A stretch of DNA of 64,000 nt, taken from NCBI GenBank assembly GCA_963822585.1, contig CAWGIE010000019.1:448001-512000 (forward strand). Reading direction: 5' to 3'. The stretch's first letter is position 1. Each line of letters starts with the position of its first letter. A program made the position numbers and the translations under genes. The stretch is from an uncultured bacterium. Its GTDB lineage: Bacteria > Auribacterota > Erginobacteria > Erginobacterales > Erginobacteraceae. The notes under the pieces were generated by a model that worked only from the letters and a program-made list of their open reading frames with translations, was not told the origin of the DNA and ran no database searches. Below, one piece after another: positions 1-9,801 of the stretch.

Positions 1-1
1 C

Positions 2-598
2 CGGACCTGGGTCGGGCGTTTGCGGGAATGGCTGACCCCGCACGAAACCGCCCGCTACCTGCTCCCCAGCCTCCGTTACCGGCAACAGATCAGAAACTCC
101 ATCCTGGCGATGGGAAAAAAGACCGTCTCCTACACGGGTCTGGATGTGCCCCGGGGAAGGTTCGCGTCGGATAACGAGATCCGGCAGCAGCTCTGGGAGA
201 ATCGGGGAGCACTGCCTGATCCCAAGGAGGTCGATCTGGTGGAGGAGCTGGGGGAGAACCTGGTCTGGGAACCCCGGTTCAACCCGGACTGCGTGGAGGG
301 GCTAAAGCGGATATTTGAGATGGGCCGGGAGTACGGCTTCCCGATCCTGATCCTTTTCAACCCGCTGCCCGAACAGGGGAGGACTCCGGCGGTGATGGCG
401 GCAATGGACAAGCTGGAGGCGGACCTGAAAGCGGCGGTCAAGCCCTACCCGTGGGTGAGGGTCTATGAGCCCTTCACGCGCTTCTACCCCAACGACCATT
501 GCATTGACATGCGCCACGTCAATGTCTATGGCGCCCACCGCAACACCGAGGAGATCATAGAATGGATCCGGGCCAATTGGCTCGGGAGTGTCAACTGA
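2..598 (+). CDS. Hypothetical protein, possibly SGNH-hydrolase-like; 5'-partial
   Basis: Frame is open from the window edge; C-terminal D-x-x-H (DMRH) resembles the SGNH block V motif. Confidence 0.5.
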   Translation, partial: RTWVGRLREWLTPHETARYLLPSLRYRQQIRNSILAMGKKTVSYTGLDVPRGRFASDNEIRQQLWENRGALPDPKEVDLVEELGENLVWEPRFNPDCVEGLKRIFEMGREYGFPILILFNPLPEQGRTPAVMAAMDKLEADLKAAVKPYPWVRVYEPFTRFYPNDHCIDMRHVNVYGAHRNTEEIIEWIRANWLGSVN

Positions 599-629
599 TC
601 GGATGATGCTGTCATAAAAGAACCTTCAT

Positions 630-698
630 CTCCCCGCATAGCATATAACCGGACAAATTATGGACGATCGTCCATAATATGTCCGGTTATGCGGGGAG
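630..698. repeat. Long palindrome between convergent genes (bidirectional terminator or small palindromic element)
   Basis: ctccccgcata..ataaccggacaaattatggacgatcgtccataatatgtccggttatgcggggag is near-perfectly self-complementary. Confidence 0.75.
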
Positions 699-733
699 AA
701 GCTTGATTCACCCGATTCTCCAATCCCTATTCC

Positions 734-2782
734 CTACCTGGTTACCGGTATATCCCCGCTGCTGCCGTAATAAACCCGGCTCACTCCCTTGACCGCCCAG
801 AGGCCGGTGGGACCGCGGAAGATGCCAACGTCATCGGTGCCGTCGCCATCGTAGTCGGCCGGGGCCGGGAGGTCTGCTGAACCGCCGAAATAAAAGCGGC
901 TCACACCCCGAAGCGCCCATAACCCGGAGGCGGACCGGAAGATACCGACTTCCCGGAAGCCGTTCCCGTCATAGTCTCCCGGTACCGGGTCGTCTTGGGA
1001 GGAACCGAAGTAGAAGCGGCTGATCCCCCGGAGTGCCCACACGCCTGAGCTTTCCCGAAAAATGCCCGGTACAGCCGTGCCGTCTCCATTATAATCTCCG
1101 GGGACCGGACGGTCGCCGGGGGAACCGAAATAAACGCGTGTCACCCCCCTGATCGCCCAGTGGCCGTTGCTTTCACGAAATACGCCCATGTCACAGGAAC
1201 CGTCACCGTCATAGTCGCCGGGGACCGGCGTGTCGAGAGAGGAGCCGAAGTAAGCCCGGGTGACGTCCTTTACCGCCCAGAGGCCCAAACTCCCCCGGTA
1301 GAGAGAGATATCGGTGGTTCCGTCGCCGTCGTAATCACCGGAGACCGGAACGTCCCCGGAGTCTCCCCCCATGTAGGTCCGGGTCACGCCCCGAACCGCC
1401 CAGAAGCCGGAAACCGCCCGGAAGATCGCGATATCGTCCGTCCCGTCCCCGTTGTAGTCGGCCGCCGCCAGGACCGGGGGAGCAGGGGTCGGGGTCGGTT
1501 CGGCGCTTTCCCCGCCGGACCGTACGCAGCGGACATAGTTGAAGACCCGCTGTAAGTCCCCCTGAGGGCCATGCCCCCAGGACGGGTAATCGGCCGGATC
1601 GCCATCCTTGGGATCGCCGCGCTGACATCCGGCACCATGCACATCGATGACATTAACCCCATCCATCGATCCCAGTCCCCGCCCGAAGGCGATGTAGACT
1701 CCGGCGCCCCCAGTGCCGCCCTGGCGGATGTGGGTGGTGCCGGTCCAGTAAAACGGATAGTCGATATCCCCGGCTACGTTGATGATCGCCGTCGATGAAA
1801 AAAGCGGGTCAATGGCGGCGCTTCCCGTCGTATCCGGCGATCGGGAATAATCGACAATGCTCTGAAGTTCCTTGGCGTTAGGGAGCCGCCAGTCGTCATA
1901 CCCGGCGTATTCCAGGTCTTCCGCCCAGGCCAGGGCATCCTCCCAGTTCATCCTCCCGTCTCCGAACGGGCCGGCGCCGAAAGCGCCGCTGTCCGTCTGC
2001 ATCCATATTAAGCCGGTGGCCTTGTCGGTAATTGTCCCGTCGCCGTTATCGATGAAATCGTTCACCCCGTAGTCGGAGTTCCCGCGGCAGAAGCGGGCGT
2101 AAAAGGTCTTGCAACTTCCGTCCGGATTTCTGTCCGCGGGGTAGCCCTTGATCCGGCCGTCGGCGAAGTTCACGCCGAACATGGCCGTTCTGTTGCCAAA
2201 CACGGTACCGACGTACAGGGTGTTGGTCACCCACTGCGAATCGATAATGCGTTCTCCGGCAGCCGTATCTCCATAGGTGAATTTGAAGTAGTCAGTATCT
2301 ATATAAGGGGTGAGCAGGGAAGGGTCATTCCCGCTCACGTTGGGGTCCGTACCCCTGAAATCCATCAGCGAATACAGTTCCTTGATGGTGGGTGCCCGCC
2401 AGTCGCTGTAGCCGCCGTAGTTTTGGGAGTTGAGCGTGGCGGGGTAGTCCTGGGCTTCGGAGTAGGTCAGCTTGTCGTCAACGTCGATCTTCCCGTCGCC
2501 GTTCAAATCCGGGTCCCGTACCCAGGTCAGGCCGGTGTTGTTGTCATGGACGGTCAGGCCGTCCCCGCTGAGCGTGTAGCTGGGCTGGGTGCCGTGATAT
2601 TGGGCATCCTGCCCGTAATAACTCTCGCCGGGATCGGGACAGCTGATGGCCGCGAAATCGTCGAAGCAGGTTGCCTGGCTGGTGTCCACCACGATGTAGG
2701 CCCCCGGGGCCCCGGGCGCCGCCCGGAGCCCCGCCAATCCGATGATCACGACCGCGATCCGTTTGATCCTTCCGGCATTCAT
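734..2782 (-). CDS. Secreted DUF1566 (Lcl-type) protein with C-terminal FG-GAP/VCBS-like repeats
   Basis: Signal peptide; two D..TGL.W...DWR(A/L)P..KEL.S motifs; about 6 DYxGDG..FR...G.WA(V/I/L)(R/K)G repeats. Confidence 0.85.
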   Translation of the reverse strand: MNAGRIKRIAVVIIGLAGLRAAPGAPGAYIVVDTSQATCFDDFAAISCPDPGESYYGQDAQYHGTQPSYTLSGDGLTVHDNNTGLTWVRDPDLNGDGKIDVDDKLTYSEAQDYPATLNSQNYGGYSDWRAPTIKELYSLMDFRGTDPNVSGNDPSLLTPYIDTDYFKFTYGDTAAGERIIDSQWVTNTLYVGTVFGNRTAMFGVNFADGRIKGYPADRNPDGSCKTFYARFCRGNSDYGVNDFIDNGDGTITDKATGLIWMQTDSGAFGAGPFGDGRMNWEDALAWAEDLEYAGYDDWRLPNAKELQSIVDYSRSPDTTGSAAIDPLFSSTAIINVAGDIDYPFYWTGTTHIRQGGTGGAGVYIAFGRGLGSMDGVNVIDVHGAGCQRGDPKDGDPADYPSWGHGPQGDLQRVFNYVRCVRSGGESAEPTPTPAPPVLAAADYNGDGTDDIAIFRAVSGFWAVRGVTRTYMGGDSGDVPVSGDYDGDGTTDISLYRGSLGLWAVKDVTRAYFGSSLDTPVPGDYDGDGSCDMGVFRESNGHWAIRGVTRVYFGSPGDRPVPGDYNGDGTAVPGIFRESSGVWALRGISRFYFGSSQDDPVPGDYDGNGFREVGIFRSASGLWALRGVSRFYFGGSADLPAPADYDGDGTDDVGIFRGPTGLWAVKGVSRVYYGSSGDIPVTR

Positions 2783-2784
2783 GA

Positions 2785-3114
2785 TTAGTTCCCCCAATTC
2801 CCTCCTTGGCCTCCACCAGACCTCTGGCCTCCACCACGAGGGCCCTGCTGCATCATCATCCGGTGATGCGTCTCCATCTCTTCCTCGGAGACATACCCAT
2901 CCCCGTTGGTGTCAATCTCCGAGAACCGTTCGGTCTGGTGGACGATCCACTCCTGCTCGGAGATCTGCCCGTCACCGTCAGTGTCTATCATTGTGAAGGG
3001 TCCTTTACCCCCGGGACCGCGGCCGGATCCTCCAGGCCCCTGCTGGGCGCGAAGAGGTGCGGCCGCGATTATGAGCGCCGCCAGTCCCGTCATCGTTATT
3101 GTCAGTACTTTCAT
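2785..3114 (-). CDS. Small secreted EF-hand protein
   Basis: Signal peptide; DTDGDGQISEQE and DTNGDGYVSEEE loops; Gly-rich flanks. Confidence 0.85.
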   Translation of the reverse strand: MKVLTITMTGLAALIIAAAPLRAQQGPGGSGRGPGGKGPFTMIDTDGDGQISEQEWIVHQTERFSEIDTNGDGYVSEEEMETHHRMMMQQGPRGGGQRSGGGQGGNWGN

Positions 3115-3872
3115 TCTGTCTCCTCCTTTTTCTTTCGAGCGGCCGGGCCGCTCCGGTTTGCATCGTCCGGTCTGCGCCGGTGATCTTCACTCCATTCGGC
3201 TTCGGAAACGTATCCGTCACCGTCAAGGTCGATCTCCGTCCGGAACATTTCCCGGTGATGTTCGACCCACTCGTCTACTGAAATTTTCCCGTCACCGTCG
3301 GCATCCTGCCGAATCGCCGGGCTTCTCCCCGGTATTCTTTCTTGCGGAGGCGGGCGCCGGGCCTCCCGGCGATTCTCGATGGAAGGGTCATGAGGATCCG
3401 GCGGTTTCAAGATATGCAGAAGCTCTCGCATCAATCCGTCAAACCGCTCAGCCTGCTGGGGGGTGCAGAGGGCCTTGATCTTTTTCAAGTGAGAATAAGT
3501 CAACCGCGACCGGGACGCCTCGATCTCCCCGATTTTCCCGGCCAGCGCATCCACCGAACCCCCATCAGGGGACGTTTTCAAAAGCTCGTCCATCATCCGC
3601 CGTTTCAGGTCGTCGATCTGGTCCTGGAGCGCGCTCATCTGATTCATGTGGCGCGACTGGAGGCTTTCCAGCTTCTTCTTTCGCACGCCGTCGAAGCCCA
3701 TCTCCCGTTCCAGGAAATCGCGGGCTCGGGCCGGAGGTCCTCCGCCGGGGGGACGGTTCCCTCCCGGACGACCGAGATGGTTCATCCAGAGTGTCGCCAG
3801 CGTTCCCAGGTTGAGAACAATTAGAATAACGACCGACCAGGCGAGCACCCGCTGTTTCGCAAAGAAGTCCAT
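3111..3872 (-). CDS. Spy/CpxP-like periplasmic heavy-metal sensor protein fused to an EF-hand pair
   Basis: N-terminal TM (LIVLNLGTLATLW), helical domain ending LCTPQQAERF, then DADGDGKISVDE and DLDGDGYVSEAE; paralog of 4506..5072. Confidence 0.8.
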   Translation of the reverse strand: MDFFAKQRVLAWSVVILIVLNLGTLATLWMNHLGRPGGNRPPGGGPPARARDFLEREMGFDGVRKKKLESLQSRHMNQMSALQDQIDDLKRRMMDELLKTSPDGGSVDALAGKIGEIEASRSRLTYSHLKKIKALCTPQQAERFDGLMRELLHILKPPDPHDPSIENRREARRPPPQERIPGRSPAIRQDADGDGKISVDEWVEHHREMFRTEIDLDGDGYVSEAEWSEDHRRRPDDANRSGPAARKKKEETE

Positions 3873-3876
3873 GTGA

Positions 3877-4221
3877 TTATCCGATGATGGTGCCGGTTCC
3901 ATTGGTTTCCTGAATCAGGTGGTATTCCCGGGCCAGGGCAGACAATCTTTCCTCCCGGGTCTCCGACTCCGGCGAGTTACCCCTGGAGAGGAGGGCCGCC
4001 GCGCAGAGGTTAAAAACAAGAAGACAGGCCAGCAGTGCCGGCAAGGGAACGCCCAGGGTGAAGATACGAGCCGCGAACGATCTTCCGGCGGGAGGGAAGC
4101 GTTCAAACCGCGCTTCCAGGCGTGTGTAAAAGTAAGGGGAGGGTTCGATGGTCTCAAGGCGCTGGAAACATCCGAGCGTCTCTGCGATTTCCTCTTCGAT
4201 TCTGTCTTTTTCGGCGGTCAT
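3877..4221 (-). CDS. Putative single-TM anti-sigma factor (copy 2)
   Basis: PSPYFYTRL motif plus one TM; paralog of 5077..5421. Confidence 0.7.
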   Translation of the reverse strand: MTAEKDRIEEEIAETLGCFQRLETIEPSPYFYTRLEARFERFPPAGRSFAARIFTLGVPLPALLACLLVFNLCAAALLSRGNSPESETREERLSALAREYHLIQETNGTGTIIG

Positions 4222-4255
4222 CCCATCTCCTCGCGATTATGTTCGTCACTATTTC

Positions 4256-4282
4256 TGACGACATCCCCGGGAAAATCCTGCG
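4256..4282 (-). promoter_or_regulatory. Possible ECF-sigma promoter for the duplicated cassette
   Basis: CGCAGGA-N15-CGTCA on the minus strand, about 35 nt upstream of the 4221 start; CGTC is a common ECF -10 element. Confidence 0.3.
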
Positions 4283-4505
4283 GTAAAATATTATTTTTTT
4301 ACCGGGAGCGCGGGGAATAATACCGGCGGCGATAAATGAGGGCCTTGGTATGAGGATGGGAAGAAAAGAAGATAACCGCCGGCGCGAGCTTCGTCGGGAA
4401 TATCGCCGGCGCAACGCAGGCGAGAAAAACAAGGGGCTACATGTCCGAGATGCCAACCTTACAGAGAATAGTACTGCTTCATCGCGGTCGGCTTGCTGCC
4501 GGGGT

Positions 4506-5072
4506 TTATAATGCCCCCGATCCCGGTCGAGACGGCCTGTTGCCGCCGGGCGGCGGGAAACGGCCGTCGGGCCGATCTCCCGGATGACCGGAAGGATTCG
4601 GCGGTTTCATGATCCTTAAAAGTTCACGGACCAGCCCGGCGAACCGTTCACGTTGTTCGGGTGTACAGAGGTCTTTAATCTCTCCCAGGTGCGTATAGAC
4701 CAGACGGGCCTTTCGCGCCTCGATCTCACCGACCTCGCCGGCCAGGTGCTCGATCCGTCTTGAATCGGAGGATGAATTCAGCAGCTGGTCCATCATCCCC
4801 CGTTTCAGAGCGTCGATTTTTCCCTGAAGGGCGTCCATCTGCGACACCTGCCGGGCCTGGAGATCGGCCAGCTCCTTTTTCTGATCTTCGCTGAACCCCA
4901 GTTCCCGGCTGAGGAAATCACGCGCCCGGGCGGGTGGGCCGAGTTCCGGACGGGAAATCGGGGACGGCTGCTGAAGTTGCCGGATCCACAGTGTTGCCAG
5001 GGTGCCGAGGTTGAGGACGATGAGAATAACGATGGCCCAGGCGATGAACCGTTGTTTCGAGAAGAAGTCCAT
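4506..5072 (-). CDS. Spy/CpxP-like periplasmic heavy-metal sensor protein
   Basis: TM, then FLSRELGFSEDQ..LCTPEQRERF helical domain; follows a sigma/anti-sigma pair. Confidence 0.8.
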   Translation of the reverse strand: MDFFSKQRFIAWAIVILIVLNLGTLATLWIRQLQQPSPISRPELGPPARARDFLSRELGFSEDQKKELADLQARQVSQMDALQGKIDALKRGMMDQLLNSSSDSRRIEHLAGEVGEIEARKARLVYTHLGEIKDLCTPEQRERFAGLVRELLRIMKPPNPSGHPGDRPDGRFPPPGGNRPSRPGSGAL

Positions 5073-5076
5073 GGGA

Positions 5077-5421
5077 TTATCCTCTGTTCTTTGTTATTTC
5101 AGTATCGGTTTGAATCAGCCCGTATTCCCGGGCCAGGGCAGCCAGGTTCTCTTCCCTGTCTGCCGTTCCCGACGAACCGCTCCGGAAGAGGAAAATCGCG
5201 GCGCAAACATTCACGATGATGAGGCACGTTATCAATGCCGGCTGGAGCAGCCCCCTGCTGAACACCCGGGCGGGGACGGCCTGTCCGTCACGAGCCGCAT
5301 TCTCGAGACGCCGTTCCAGGCGGTCATAAAAGAAGGGTGAAGGACCGATGGTTTCAAGTTCATCGAAACACGCGAGCGTCCGATCGACCGCGCGCCCGAT
5401 TCTGTCTTTTATCTCGTTCAT
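5077..5421 (-). CDS. Putative single-TM anti-sigma factor (copy 1)
   Basis: PSPFFYDRL plus TM, directly downstream of the ECF sigma; alternative start 5463. Confidence 0.7.
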   Translation of the reverse strand: MNEIKDRIGRAVDRTLACFDELETIGPSPFFYDRLERRLENAARDGQAVPARVFSRGLLQPALITCLIIVNVCAAIFLFRSGSSGTADREENLAALAREYGLIQTDTEITKNRG

Positions 5422-5455
5422 CTTTTTCTCTCCTTGTGGCTTAAGAGTCTCGCCG

Positions 5456-6043
5456 TCAGACATGATTTTTCTCGTAGTGCCGGGTGAGTCTTTTTCGCAG
5501 GTTCCGCTTGGCCCGATGAATCAGGGACTCGACCGCGGACACGGATGTTCCCAGTATCCCGGCGATCTCCTGTTGGCTCAAGCCGTCGTATTTACTCAGG
5601 GTGACGGCGATCCGCTGGTTTTCGGGCAGCGTATCCAGAGCCTGCCGGAGGACCTGGAGGCGATCCTTTTTTTCAGCCTCGGCATCGGGATACGTCGACG
5701 CCGGCGCGGGGATGTCCAGCGGGGGGTCTCCGGAACCGATGAGATTTTTCAGGACACCGAACCGTTTCTTCCGGCTCTGTTTCCGAATAAAGTCCAACGA
5801 CTTGGAAACGGCGATCCGGTAGATCCAGGTGGAGAGCTGAGCCTGTCCCCGGAAATGGGAAATAGAACGGTGGACCTCAATAAAGACCTCCTGGGCCAGA
5901 TCTTCGGCGTCCTGGCGATTGGTGACGAGCCGGTAGCAGATGTTCAGAACCCTTTCCTGCTGGAGCGCCACCAGTTCTTTAAACGCGGACGGATGACCTG
6001 CTTTCAATTCGCGCAGTAATGAGTTATCTCCGGCGGCGGTCAT
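5456..6043 (-). CDS. ECF RNA polymerase sigma factor (sigma-70 family)
   Basis: DAEDLAQEVF..STWIYRIA region 2; LPENQR..GLSQQEIAGILG.SVSAVESLIHRA region 4. Confidence 0.95.
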   Translation of the reverse strand: MTAAGDNSLLRELKAGHPSAFKELVALQQERVLNICYRLVTNRQDAEDLAQEVFIEVHRSISHFRGQAQLSTWIYRIAVSKSLDFIRKQSRKKRFGVLKNLIGSGDPPLDIPAPASTYPDAEAEKKDRLQVLRQALDTLPENQRIAVTLSKYDGLSQQEIAGILGTSVSAVESLIHRAKRNLRKRLTRHYEKNHV

Positions 6044-6468
6044 GCTGATCTGTCATCTTTCGAAATAAGACGATCTTGTTATCTCCCCGATTTTCAGCCA
6101 ACTCCCCCGTCCTTGATCCCGACTGTCATTGGACTTTACTTTATTTATCAAAGTAATTACAGTCCCTGTTTCGGAATTTCGCTGGCCGGATTTATCCGGC
6201 CCGCGAAATTCCGAAACAGACGAAAAAGAAACCAAAACAATATACCCGATAACCGTCGGAGGGCGGTGCTTGGCCGGGCGCACTCATTTCGTTCGCTCCT
6301 CTCATGACTTGCAAAACCGGCTGCGTTTTGAAGGCAGCTTTTTTTGAATACCGGGGCGGGAAAAAGATATTCATTTAACTTCAAAATGAGCGTAAAGTTT
6401 ATTCAAGTGTTCTTTGCCTTTATATAGGGGGGGCTGAGATCGTCCTCCATCGAAACAGGAGAAAAACA

Positions 6469-6927
6469 ATGAAAATATCAGATTTTCTCAGGGAGAAAAG
6501 AATTTTGCTCAATTTAGAAGCATCAAACAAAGAAGAGGCGATTAAGGAGCTGGGGGAACTTTTACGAGACGCGGACGAAATATCTGATTTTGATTTGTTT
6601 CTCAAGCATGTTTTCGAACGAGAGAACTTAAATACTACCGGTATCGGTAATAATGTGGCCATTCCTCACGCGCGGACGGACACGGTAAAAAAGTTTGTCG
6701 TCGCATTTGGAAGGTCTCCTCAGGGGATAGAATTCAATTCCGTTGATAACAAGCCCGCAAAGTTCATCTTTTTAATGGGAACGCCCATGGCAAAAGGATT
6801 AAACAAATATTTAAAAATACTGGCATACCTGACTCGGCTGTTGAATAAAAAAGCTTTTCAGGAAGGCCTTTTGAAAGCTTCCAGTCCGCAAGAGATCATA
6901 GAGAATTTTAAAATCATCGAGCATTAA
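6469..6927 (+). CDS. PTS EIIA (fructose/Ntr-type) domain protein
   Basis: RE..TTGIG..VAIPHAR signature with the phospho-His. Confidence 0.92.
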   Translation: MKISDFLREKRILLNLEASNKEEAIKELGELLRDADEISDFDLFLKHVFERENLNTTGIGNNVAIPHARTDTVKKFVVAFGRSPQGIEFNSVDNKPAKFIFLMGTPMAKGLNKYLKILAYLTRLLNKKAFQEGLLKASSPQEIIENFKIIEH

Positions 6928-6930
6928 AAT

Positions 6931-8130
6931 ATGGGTATTTTATTTTTCGTTGGAATAGCCATTATCTGCGGTTTTATGGGGGGGAAATTGGGCAATCGCC
7001 TGAAGTTCCCTGCCGTTGTGGGTTATCTTGTCGCCGGCCTGATTTTAGGCCCTTCTTTCCTTAATATCTTCAGCCTGAAGCTCCTGGATAACCTGGGAAT
7101 ATTTAATGACTTAGCTCTATCATTGGTGGCATTTATCATTGGCAGCGAGATGCGCTGGGGTATCTTGCGGAAAATGGGCAAGGGCATTGTCACGATTATT
7201 TTCGCGGAATCATTTGGAGCTTTCTTACTGGTGTTTGCCGGTGTCTTTCTCTTAACACACAAACTGTATATGGCCTTAATTTTTGGCGCGATGGCCCCGG
7301 CCAGCGCGCCGGCGGGGACGGCGATTGTATTACAGGAGTACAAAGCAAAGGGACCGTTGACCAACGCTCTCTATGCCGTGGTCGGCCTGGACGACGGTTT
7401 GGCGATTATAATTTACGCGTTCGCGGCCGCCCTGGCCAAGCTGTCCATAACCGGCTCTACGGATTCTTTTCTGCATATTGTAGAGGGGCCCCTGCTCGAG
7501 ATAGCGGGAGCGATCGTGCTGGGCGGGGTAATGGGGGTCGTTCTGGGCTATTTTATACGCAGGATACAGAATAAAAATGAAGTGTTAGCCATCTCTTTTG
7601 CGGCGGTGATGATCTGCACGGGCGTGGCGAACTATCTTAACTTATCCCTTATTCTAGCCAATTTAAGTTTGGGGATGGCTTTTGCCAATCTGTATTTACT
7701 CGGTAACCGCAGGTCAATGAACGCCATAAATTTTATTGCTTTGCCGGTCTATATAATCTTTTTCGTCATCGCCGGCGCTCATCTGCAAATCAGCCTCCTG
7801 CCGGCCATGGGTGTATTAGGTATCGTATACATAGCATGCAGAAGTTCCGGATTGATGGGCGGAGCCTTTTTCGGGGCAACGATTTCGAGATCGGATCCCA
7901 TTATTCGGAAATATCTGGGTTTTGGGATATTATCCCAAGCCGGCGTCGCTATCGGGCTGGCCATTATGGCGACAAGAGAATTTGCTCCTCTGGGTCAGTC
8001 CGGTCGGGATCTGGCTCTCCTGGTAATCAATACAATCGCCGCCAGTACGATCATCTTTGAATTAATCGGACCGATAGCGACAAAATACGCTATCACGAAA
8101 GCAGGTGAAGTGAATAAAGCCGAATATTGA
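6931..8130 (+). CDS. Cation:proton antiporter (CPA2/KefB-like)
   Basis: About 12 TM; PAVVGYLVAGLILGP, ASAPA, GLDD and QAGVAIGLA motifs. Confidence 0.92.
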   Translation: MGILFFVGIAIICGFMGGKLGNRLKFPAVVGYLVAGLILGPSFLNIFSLKLLDNLGIFNDLALSLVAFIIGSEMRWGILRKMGKGIVTIIFAESFGAFLLVFAGVFLLTHKLYMALIFGAMAPASAPAGTAIVLQEYKAKGPLTNALYAVVGLDDGLAIIIYAFAAALAKLSITGSTDSFLHIVEGPLLEIAGAIVLGGVMGVVLGYFIRRIQNKNEVLAISFAAVMICTGVANYLNLSLILANLSLGMAFANLYLLGNRRSMNAINFIALPVYIIFFVIAGAHLQISLLPAMGVLGIVYIACRSSGLMGGAFFGATISRSDPIIRKYLGFGILSQAGVAIGLAIMATREFAPLGQSGRDLALLVINTIAASTIIFELIGPIATKYAITKAGEVNKAEY

Positions 8131-8471
8131 TGGAGGATACCATGGAACTTTTAATGATTATCCTTAACAAGGAAGAATACCTCGAAAAGATATTGTCTAT
8201 CCTGGTAGAAATAGAAGTTCCCGGGGCAACTATTCTGGAGAGTGAAGGATTAGGACATTTTTTAGCTTACGAAGTTCCCATATTCGCCGGGCTGAAACAA
8301 CTGATCGGCGAGAAGAAAACCGCGAGCAGGACCATAGTGGCATTGATCGATGAGGAGAACTTCCTTTCCAAATTCAAGCGGCTGCTTGCCGAAGAAGATA
8401 TTGATTTTACCCAGCCGGATATGGGAATTATCGTTACCCTGCCTGTAAACAACGCGATTAAACCGGAATGA
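8127..8471 (+). CDS. PII-like small regulatory protein
   Basis: LMIILN..GATILESEGLG..GIIVTLPV pattern; overlaps the antiporter stop. Confidence 0.65.
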   Translation: MMEDTMELLMIILNKEEYLEKILSILVEIEVPGATILESEGLGHFLAYEVPIFAGLKQLIGEKKTASRTIVALIDEENFLSKFKRLLAEEDIDFTQPDMGIIVTLPVNNAIKPE

Positions 8472-8597
8472 GTAATTTCTGTAATACTGCCCCCGCCGAG
8501 CAATTCTACGCCATTATAGGGGATCCGCAATATCCTTACCACCCTCCCCGCATTTTGTAGCAAACGGTAGCATCGTCTTCGGAACGAGATATTCTTC

Positions 8598-9774
8598 ATG
8601 AACACACGAAGAAAATTGCACATACTGATTCTTCCCTTCTGGTACTGGTATCCCGACCCCGACCACCCGGCACAGGGTGCTTCCGTACAGGAACAGGCGC
8701 GGGCGGTGACCGGGCGGCATCAGGTCACGGTATTTTATGCCGCACCGCAGGGGAATTTCCGCATCCTGCGCGAAACCATGTCGGACAGGGAAGAAGCGGG
8801 GGTTCGAGTCATCCGCATCAGGCATCGTTACATACCGCTGCCGGCGTGCACCTACGCGGCTTACCTGAGATGCCTGAGTAAGAACTTCGATCGCCTGTGG
8901 CAACAGGGTCTGCGTCCGGACATTATTCATGCCCATGAATATGCCGCGGGGGTGGCGGCGGTGAGACTGGGAAGAAAATACGGGCTGCCGGTCGTAATCA
9001 GCGAACACTGCAGTGATTTTATCCGAGGGCGGCTGCGGAAAACCGATATTCTTAAAGCCCGGTTCGCCATGAACCGGGCCGACGTTGTTCTTCCCGTCGG
9101 CGTGGAAGTCCTGCAGACCCTGCGGGCACTCGGGATCAGAACCCGTCTCGAAGTCATGCCGAATACGATCGACACGGCACTCTTTCATCCGTCCGTCCGC
9201 CGGGAAACAGGGCCGAAGGCCGCGAAAACGATTCTGCTGATAGCACTCCTCCGCAATGGGAAGGGGGTGCCGTATCTCCTTCGCGCACTGGCTTCCCTGC
9301 GGGATCGGCGCCGGGATTTCCGCCTTGAAATAGCCGGCGATGGGCCGGAAAAAGAGGCATATCGGCGAATGGCGGAGGATCGGGGACTGGAGAACGTGGT
9401 AAAATTTTCCGGGATGAAAAACCGTGGGGAGATCGCGGACTTGATCCGGCAATCCGATTTCATCGTGCAGCCGAGCGAATGCGAAACCTTCGGGATGACG
9501 GTCATCGAAAGCATGGCCTGCGGCAAACCGGTAGTGGCGACGAGGTTGCCCACGTTCGAGCGGCTGATATCGGCGGAGAGGGGCATTTTAGTCTCCGCCC
9601 GGGGACGAACGGGCGTTGGCCCGAGCGATCGACTATATGCTTGACCATCACCACAAGTACCGGGAGGACATAATCAGGCGTTATATCGAAGAGAACTTCA
9701 GCCATAAAACAATCGGAGAACGCCTCAATGCGGTTTACTGTTCAGTACTGGCCGGCCGAGGCGGGAAGATGTAA
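8598..9774 (+). pseudogene. GT4 family glycosyltransferase with a 1-bp frameshift near 9594
   Basis: ETFGMTVIESMACGKPVVAT motif; removing t9594 restores GILVPPGDERALARAIDYML...FSHKTIGERLNAVY to TAA at 9772-9774. Confidence 0.8.
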
Positions 9775-9801
9775 CTTTTTAGTTCTCTTCCCCATTTTAA
9801 A

